Shown here: piece after piece, positions 54,601-64,000 of the stretch
Layout: the number at the start of each line of letters is the position of its first letter
How positions within the stretch are numbered: the stretch's first letter is position 1
Source of the DNA: the human T2T-CHM13v2.0 reference genome, Homo sapiens
Direction: 5' to 3' (one strand)
DNA: 64,000 nucleotides
NCBI RefSeq assembly: GCF_009914755.1
Contig: NC_060933.1
The notes under the pieces: generated by a model
What the model was told of the DNA's origin: nothing
The model's input: the letters and a program-made list of their open reading frames with translations, nothing else
The model's database searches: none
Translations under genes and position numbers: made by a program

Positions 54601-55529
54601 CATCATATTAGAAAATGCTTATATGGTCGTTAGTCTATGTCAGGCACTGTTCTAAACACTGCACATAGGTTGCCTCATTTAAAGAATGAATGCATACAGC
54701 CAGGTGATCCTTTTGGTTGATAAGCACCAAATTGTGAGTTAAATGTGGCAAACATGGGAAAACTACTTTAGCAGCCACTGTGTCACCAACCCACAATCCC
54801 ATTTTCTTGCTTCCACTTTTTTCAGCTCACTAGTGACCTCCCATGGGGCTTCAGTCTATCTCCATTCTAGAAACAATCTGATATTAGGCAGGAAGTTTCA
54901 AGGACCCCCATCCTCTTCCCTAGTGCCTGGTAGCATCAAGCCTCAGTGCTGAACACAAGCTCCAGGCTGTGTTGTCGATGGCCTTGCAGCTAATCTGACC
55001 CAGTGTAAGGTGTCTGAATAGTGACTGTAGTCAGTGTTTATATAGTTGTCTATCCCTTTCTCAGATCTTCAAATTGTCTGTCCTGGAATGGTCCATTAGT
55101 ACCATGTTTTCCAAGCTCAATAGTCTCACTTCTTCTATCCTCATGTGCCTCAGTCAATAGGATGGTACTTTAGACTGAATCCCTATTCCAAGATTTTATT
55201 TGAATAACATCTGAGATAACTGGGACTTCTATTCATTCCCCACTGCTTCCTATGCTTCTGCTGAGGAGTTTTCTGACAGCTGTGGGTAGAATTATAGTAG
55301 CTGATTGTTTGTTGGACTGCTGGACTTTTGAGCATTGTCCTTACTACTCCTTGGAGGTTCCTGGTCTGGATCTTTCTTGAGACTGTGATGGGCTTGTTTG
55401 CCTGTATAAATGGAGCTTGGCTGCCAGTCCAAACCTTACCTGCATGTATCATGGTAGTTTCGATGTGAGAAAGCATAATTTTTGCCTTTGTTTAGCTTAT
55501 AACATAATCCTTTTTTAAAAGCTAAACTT

Positions 55530-55720
55530 CCTTGATCACATATTATGTGCCAGACATAAAACTTTCACATAAAAGCTTCAGGGTAGGCATTACTATCCCC
55601 TTTATACGATGAAGAAACCATGTTTCTGAAATATTAAATGGTTTTCTCAAGGTCACAGAGTAAGTGGTGGAACCGAGATTCAAATTACCACCAGTCTGAC
55701 TCCAAACACCAAGCTCTTTC
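55530..55720 (-). mobile_element. MIR SINE
   Basis: tatgtgccagac...gatgaagaaac...caaggtcacagagtaagtggtggaacc...agtctgactccaaa. Confidence 0.8.
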
Positions 55721-56750
55721 TCTGCATATTGGAGGAGGAAACACTTGGGACACACAGAGAAGTATTTCTGGGCCTCTGAAGGAGGCTGAATTCATAATAA
55801 GTTCTCAATCAATACTCTTTGCTTTAAATGTTGACCCAGTGTTGCTGTCCAAGCCTTTCTTATTGATTGTGGTTAAAGCAATTGTAACATCATGAAGTAG
55901 AACCAATCAAAAGCTTCCCTGAAATGAATGAACATGGAATGCCTTGTAGTTACATGACTGTGGGTTGCCAAAAATGACAGAAGATGTGGTTATAAGCACA
56001 TTCAAATCCAGTAAAAGCCTTACAATTGCTGGAACAATTTTCTTCAAGTAGATGAGGGTATTTGAGTGTGGCAAACAGGTATAAATTCTGTGTAAACAGT
56101 GGTGTGCTTGGGCTACCCTGAAGATCACAAAAAGTGATGAGGCAATGGGTGGGCCAGCACATTCTTCTTAAAAAGCAGTGGAATGCCAGCAGCATCAGGA
56201 AAGGGCCTGGGGGCCATAGAGGACCAAGTATACCTTTCAGAAGAAGAATAACATAATCACAGTGGGAAGTGGCCAGAACAGTAGCTACTCCTTGATCATC
56301 TCTAGCATGGATTGGTTAGCAATGCACACCTGGTACACGATACAATATCTGAGTGAGTGCACATATAATGCAATGATCCATCGGTGTCTACATGAGCAAG
56401 AGTGATCTGAATAGGCATATATAACATCAGAAGATGTTTGTGAAGCATATGTATAAACATGCATAAGACCTGAGTGAACATGTGTATCATCTGCAAAAGG
56501 GTAGGTAATAGTTAAATAAGCACATGAATATCAAAGATCAAAGTGAATAGTTTAACATATGTAACATTTAAATGAGCGTTGTTAACAACACAGTGAACAT
56601 TTGCATTATTTTCATGTACATGTGTGCTGTCTAATGAGGATTTGCAATATCTCAGGAATAACATCTGAATAAGCACATGTGCTATATAAATATCAGTGTG
56701 TAATGTTGGAGCTCTTTGCCATCTAAGTGAATATGGTTTTTAGAAAAGCT

Positions 56751-56977
56751 GGCCAGGCACAGTGGTTCACACCTGTAATCCCAGCACCTTGAGAGGCTGA
56801 CGTGGAAGGATTGCTTGAGCCCAGGAGTTTGAAAGCACTCTGGGTAACATAGTGAGACCCCATCTCTACAAAAAAATTTAAAACTTAGCCAGATGTGGTG
56901 GCCCACACCTGTAGTCCCAGCTACAAGGGAGTCTAAAGTGGGAGGGATTGCTTGAGCCCAGGAGATCAAAGCTGCAG
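56751..56977 (+). mobile_element. AluJ, 3'-truncated (no tail)
   Basis: J-type ggattgcttgagcccaggag in both arms; ends at gctgcag. Confidence 0.92.
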
Positions 56978-57080
56978 ACATGTGTAACATTTTAGTGAAC
57001 ATGTGTATCACCCACATGAATAAGGACATCATCTGAACAGGCAGGGAGAACAGCTGAATGAGGGTGTGTGACATCTAAGT

Positions 57081-57260
57081 CAGTGGATCTCAAACTTGAG
57101 CATGGCCAGAATCATCTGCACAACTTGCACAGATTGCTGGGACCTCACCCCAGAGTTTCTGATTCAGCAGATTAAGGGTGAGGTTAGAATTTGCATTTCT
57201 AATGAGCTTCCAGGTGATGCTGCGCCTGGTGGTCTGGAAAGTGCATTTTGAGAACCACTG
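57081..57260 (-). mobile_element. MER5A DNA transposon, complete
   Basis: TIRs cagtggatctcaaa / tttgagaaccactg; 8-bp TSD atctaagt / tcctaagt. Confidence 0.92.
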
Positions 57261-57589
57261 TCCTAAGTATGTGTAACACCTGCATGTAGCACCCAAGTGA
57301 ACTGATTAACATCTAAGTCAGATCTAAGTGAACATGTTAACATTTAAGGGACAAATGTATCACCCAAACAAGTATTGTGCCATCTACAGGAGCACATGTA
57401 ACATTTGAATGATGTGCTTAGAATATAAGTGAACCTGTGTTACATCTCAATACCTCTGTCAAACATGTGAACAAGCATGTTTAAAATCTGAGGGTATGTG
57501 GAATATCTGAGTGAGTGCTAGTACCATCTGAGTAGATTTAACCCTAGAAGGTATGTATGTGTTTTACACCTGAAAGTATTCATTGTCTG

Positions 57590-58640
57590 TATCATAAGAC
57601 AAACATACAAATAATTACCATACACTGTGGGAAATGCAGCAACGAGTGTCCAAGGACCAGAGACACACAAGAAACAATGGCCACATTCGGAATGGAATCC
57701 ACCCAGAGGAGGATGTGTGGATGGAAGAGATGACGTGTGAGGTCTGTTTCAAAAGCTGATTAGGAATTCTTCAGGATGCCAGGAAGAGGTAGGTGGGGGA
57801 GGTATTTCTGTAAGAGGGCCCAGCTAAGGCAATAAGCATAAAATATAAAATAGCTTGGCATGTCTGGAGAACCTCATGTAGTTTTGGATTTGTATAATGA
57901 AAATACGAGGAGTAGAGAATGAGACTAGAGTGTTCATGAGACATCAGGTCACAGAAGTCCTTGTGGCCTATAACACTGAACCTGAACATGGTGGTGCTTT
58001 TTTTCCCCCTCCCAGTAAGTGATAGAGCATCAATGCATAGATTTAAGCAAGGAAGTCATGTGATTGGTTTGTGTTCAGAAATATCACTCTGGAGGCCGAG
58101 TGGAAGATAGATTGGAAATGTAGCAGGAAATCTACTGCCAACATCTGTTTATGCCAGATGATAAGGTCTTAAATTATAGCAAAAGCAGTGGAAAGAGGCA
58201 GAATAAGAAGACATTTTAGAAGTAAAATTCAATAGCACTCGTGGACTTGTGTCCTGGTGGGTCATGAGTATCAGGTAGAACGAATAAATGAGATGGGGGA
58301 GGAAGGCAGGATGCACAGGGAGGGATGATGCATTTGATATCAGACACAGTCAATCGAGGCACTTCTGCAACATTCAGAAGGGGAGGTTGCATACCCCTTC
58401 TAGGGTCTGGAGGTCAGGGAATAGTTCAGGTCAAAGACAGAAGTGTGGAGATGATCTGTCAGTGATAACTAAACTCATGGGAATGGGACTGACTAGTGAA
58501 TGAGTGGGGAACAAAGAGGCTAAAGATGTGGAGCCCCAGGGGTCATCAACATGTGAATGGTGGGTAAAAGAAGAGAAAGGGAAATGAAGTCAACCCATCA
58601 GGGAAGCAGGCAAGATGCAGCAGCAAGTGGCCTCTCAAAA
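57590..58640 (-). mobile_element. L2 LINE
   Basis: tttaagcaaggaagtcatgtgatt...gaaatatcactctgg, gtctggaggtcaggga. Confidence 0.75.
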
Positions 58641-58929
58641 CAGTGCATCCCTTTAAAAATAGGAAAAGTGTATTTAATGTAAATGTCAAGGATCAAGTGT
58701 GTGGTTCAAGAGGAACCAACTGGGAACAGGAATTCCTGAGTTCCATCCTGGCCATGCCACTGGGTACTTTTGTGGTCTTGGTTCATTAATTGGAGTTTCT
58801 GGGCCTCCATTTTCAAATATGGAAAGTGAGAAGTGAGTCTTGAATATAAGAGAACAAGAGCTCACTAACTTCTCTTTTGTCTATAGATGAGCGTTTAAAG
58901 GCTGTCCTCGACATGCTTGTTCTTATACA

Positions 58930-59150
58930 AGGACAGGCTCTGGAGTTGCTCAGTCCTGGGTTCAAAGCCTAAAGGCACCAATTACTAGTTCTTTGACTCT
59001 CGGAAAGTCACTCAATCCCTCTAAACCTCAATTTTCTATAAAATAAGTCTAATGGATGTGGTGTGTGTGTGTCGGGGGGAGGCGGGGGAGGAGTGTGTTG
59101 GTCAGTGGGGATGTGAATATTTAAAGAGACAAGCCATGTAAAGTGCTTAG
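58930..59150 (+). mobile_element. MIR SINE
   Basis: ggctctggagt...cctgggttcaaa...ggaaagtcactcaatccctctaaacctca...catgtaaagtgcttag. Confidence 0.75.
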
Positions 59151-59430
59151 TAAAATGCAAACAAACCAGCAACAGCAAAACAAAACCCTATGAATGCTAT
59201 TATGATGGAGAAAGTTGAATTAAATTGTTTCTAATGTCCCTCCTAGCCCAGCACTGTTTGTCTGCGTCTGTTTCCCTTTTTGTCTATGATCCTGTGATGA
59301 GCCACTTGGTAAATATTCATGTCCTAAATATTGACTAGGAAGAAGGATTTGTTTTCTGATTTCTGACATATATTGCAAAGTTGAGAGAAATTAATTGTGG
59401 TGGGAAAAAAAAGCATGAAATGCAAATATA

Positions 59431-59777
59431 TCCAGCTCTCCCTGTCTGTGGGTTACCCATCCATGAATTCAACCAACCTCAGATTGAAAATACATGGGGA
59501 GAAAAAGGATGGTTACATCTGTACTGAACAGGTACAGACTTTTTTCCCTTTGCATCATTCCCTAGACAATACGATATGACAGCCACTTACATAGTGCTTA
59601 CATTGTATTAGGTATTATAAGGAATTAAGAGATGGTTTAGGATATACAGGAGAATGACCATGCGTATGTTATATGCAAAAACTACACCATTTTATGTAAG
59701 GGATTTGAGTATCTGTAGATTTTGGTATTCTTGAGAAGTCCTGGAACAACTCCCCCATGGATACCAAGGGATGACAG
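59431..59777 (-). mobile_element. MER2 (TcMar-Tigger) DNA transposon, near complete
   Basis: gtactgaacaggtacagac, acattgtattaggtattataag, cccccatggataccaagggatgacag; TA on both flanks. Confidence 0.88.
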
Positions 59778-60661
59778 TACACTAAATAAATATGGCTCAC
59801 CAGAAAGTGCCCTTCTTTCTCCTCTTCTCCCCTTGAAGCAGTGAAGGAGTCTGTGCTGTATAGAACTGAAAGAGAGTTTTCCACTAATGTCCAATAATAA
59901 ATTGCTTCCCAGATCCAGTCACTGATGATTATTTTTTCTCAGTGTATTGCAGTAAAATGAGAAAGAGTTATAGATTTGGGAAAAAAATGTGGTGGCTGAT
60001 TATTTTCTTTCTTTCTTTTTCTGACATACGGTCAGAGGGGCTCATCATTTCCTTTACAAGAATCACATTTTAGGCATTTTTTTTCTTACGTGCAATATTC
60101 TGAAACATGAAATTTACAAAAAAAAATGAGTTAATATGGGTCCCTAACTAAATTTAGAACGCAGCAAAGTAGAAAGATAAAAAGGTCTGATTTAAAGAAT
60201 GTCACACATGGAAAGTGAAGAAGATGGGAAGATCTCACCTTTGGGGTGGCAGTGATTATTTTGCAATGCAAAATTATTTCATCTCCATTTGCAAAGGCAG
60301 GCTAATGAGACTGAGTGGATTAAAGGGGGGACCTGGGAAAGGAATAAGAATTAGGTTTTACCTTCTAATTACTTATTTATTTTTATTTGTGAAAAAAACC
60401 TAAGACTGCATTTTCTAGGTATTATTGGAACTGTCTGCCTTTGTATGAGTCTTCCACCCCAACTCCTCACACTTCTCTCAACTCACCTGCTTAAAGTGCA
60501 ACATCATTATTTTTGACCACTAAAATAATATAATTATTACGGAAATGTATTTTAGAACACACACTTTTATATGCTAGCATTTAAGAAATTTCAAGGAATT
60601 ATTTTCTGATAATATATGGGAGAAGCTCAAAGACAGTTCATCAGAAACTATTTACTCTTTG

Positions 60662-60665
<4 letters not shown>

Positions 60666-60701
<36 letters not shown>
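60666..60701. repeat. (GT)18 microsatellite
   Basis: Directly visible. Confidence 0.95.
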
Positions 60702-60702
<1 letters not shown>

Positions 60703-60709
60703 GTGTTCC

Positions 60710-60950
60710 TAGTTCATATTTATCAAGCAGTTATAATACACAGGTATTTCCCCAGGTTCTTTATAATTTAATCCTCATAGTTAGGGCCCCACAGTTAGGA
60801 CTGTTATTTCCCCATTCTATAGCTAAGAGAACTGTGGTTAGTAATGCAAAGTAATTCACCCACAGTAACATAGCTAAACAGTGGGAGAATCAAATGTGAA
60901 TGCAGATCTGCCTGATCTCAAAACTCACACTTTGAGCCAGTGTGCAGTAT
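60710..60950 (-). mobile_element. MIR SINE
   Basis: atttaatcctcat...cccattctatagctaagagaactg...aagtaattcaccc. Confidence 0.7.
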
Positions 60951-61869
60951 TGTGTATACTAAAAGGTATGTGTAAGTAAATTAAGCCTTAAGAAATGCAC
61001 ACCCATTCCTGTTAGTGTCTTGTTGAGCTTACTGCTGGAACTTTGTGCATTCTTTTATTATAGCATTTGCTCTGTGTTATAATTAGTTACATTTCTCTCA
61101 TTCTTTACCAATGGTTCTTGACTTTTTTGTGTGGTGGGATGGCAGTCATGAATTCTTCTAAGGATTTATCAAAGTTAGGACCTCTCTGAAGAAACATGTG
61201 GACTGGGTTAATGTGCCAGTGATGACTTACATATCATCATATATTTCTCCCATCAAAATATAATAAGTGTCCTTGGGTTTTCTGGCTTTTTATTTATCAT
61301 TCTTTTATTTAGTATGCTAATACTAAAGGAAATGTGGTCCTGTCCTGAAAATGAGTGTTTACTGTCAATGCTCCTGAATCTTTGTTACTGTATGTCACCT
61401 TTTGGTCCAGCTGCAGCTCCAGAACCAGCTCTGGACAGTGGTTGACACATTTCTTGAAGACCTGAGGATAATCTGAGGTAATTCAAATGGAAAAAAAAAA
61501 AAAGAAACAATAACAATTCAGCATCAGACATTATTGCTTTCCAAAATTTCTTATGAAACACTTTATGGAATATATGGTCATCCACTTGAATAAATGGAAT
61601 AAAAGGATGAATGAAACGATAAACAAATGTAAAGATCCTTTAGATATCAATGGACCATATGGTTCAAACCCTTGAACAAAACTATTAGCTCCTTGAGGGC
61701 AAATCTTTTTTTTCTGCATTCTTCATCATTCTATAGAAGCTGATTCTCAAGAACTGTGGTATTTCTTGAATATATTTAGAGAATAAACCCATGAACCCAA
61801 TACAGATAACCCTAAACCACAAAGCAGATGAGCTCCTCTGTTTAAACTTTTTCCTTTAAAGCCAGTCTA

Positions 61870-62061
61870 GAAGCCCTTTAAAGAGTACTTGCAAATACAA
61901 GTGCAGTACTATTCTCCCAAAAAAGAATTCTGCCATCACCTCTTCCATGCTGTTTATAAGTTACTACCTTTTTCACTTATCATGTTTCTAGTAATTTTTA
62001 TGTAATTGTCTGCTTTCCCATTATACTATAAGCTTGTAAACTCCTTGAAGGTAGGAACAAC
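61870..62061 (+). mobile_element. L2 3' fragment, target of the L1PA2 insertion
   Basis: ttgtctgctttcccattatactataagcttgtaaactccttgaaggtagg. Confidence 0.6.
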
Positions 62062-62105
62062 TTTTTTTTTTTTTTTTTTTTGTGGTTCCTATTATAGCTT
62101 TATTC

Positions 62106-64000
<1,895 letters not shown>

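Larger units (their letters stand above)
56340..57540. repeat. Degenerate 21-bp minisatellite, consensus about AACATCTGAGTGAACATGTGT, interrupted by AluJ and MER5A
   Basis: Many consecutive 20-21 nt units parsed by eye, e.g. aacattttagtgaacatgtgt / atcacccacatgaataaggac / atcatctgaacaggcagggag / aacagctgaatgagggtgtgt. Confidence 0.85.

Noticed and set aside
55183-55476. ORF segment LQGVVRTMLKS...YYNSTHSCQKTP faintly resembling a retroviral or Gypsy integrase core end
   Set aside because: Catalytic Glu and DDE context absent and spacing too short; a profile search against rve would be needed and I expect no hit
56340-57540. Minisatellite considered as a CRISPR-like array or a coding heptad repeat
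   Set aside because: Units are contiguous with no unique spacers, the DNA is eukaryotic, and frequent 20-nt units break any reading frame

Overview
Primate, most likely human, non-genic or intronic DNA. It is AT-rich and CpG-depleted, with no CpG island, and no host protein-coding gene, tRNA, rRNA or CRISPR array could be supported. Much of the window is interspersed repeat: about 11 Alu copies or fragments, L1 elements of several ages (a twin-primed L1PB, L1MA, L1MC, L1ME, and the 3' 1.9 kb of a young L1PA2-type element running off the right edge), many L2 and MIR remnants, MaLR solo LTRs, DNA transposon fossils (MER1, MER20, MER5A/B, MER2) and microsatellites. The only ORFs with recognisable protein are pieces of L1 ORF2. 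The most notable structures are: a cryptic, E-box-rich 21-bp minisatellite of about 35-40 units that is older than the MER5A inserted into it (56340-57540); a 24-bp L1 3' transduction with its own AATAAA and second poly(A) (62062-62130); a ~500-bp local templated duplication (26160-26664 copied to 29882-30378); an older ~200-bp duplication that preserves the empty site of the L1PB insertion; a fused inverted Alu hairpin (43118-43366); and a cluster of TAATCC sites in repeat-free DNA (15221-15650). I found no evidence of a new gene system. Subfamily calls and boundaries of old repeats were made by eye and are approximate, and the genomic locus was not identified.
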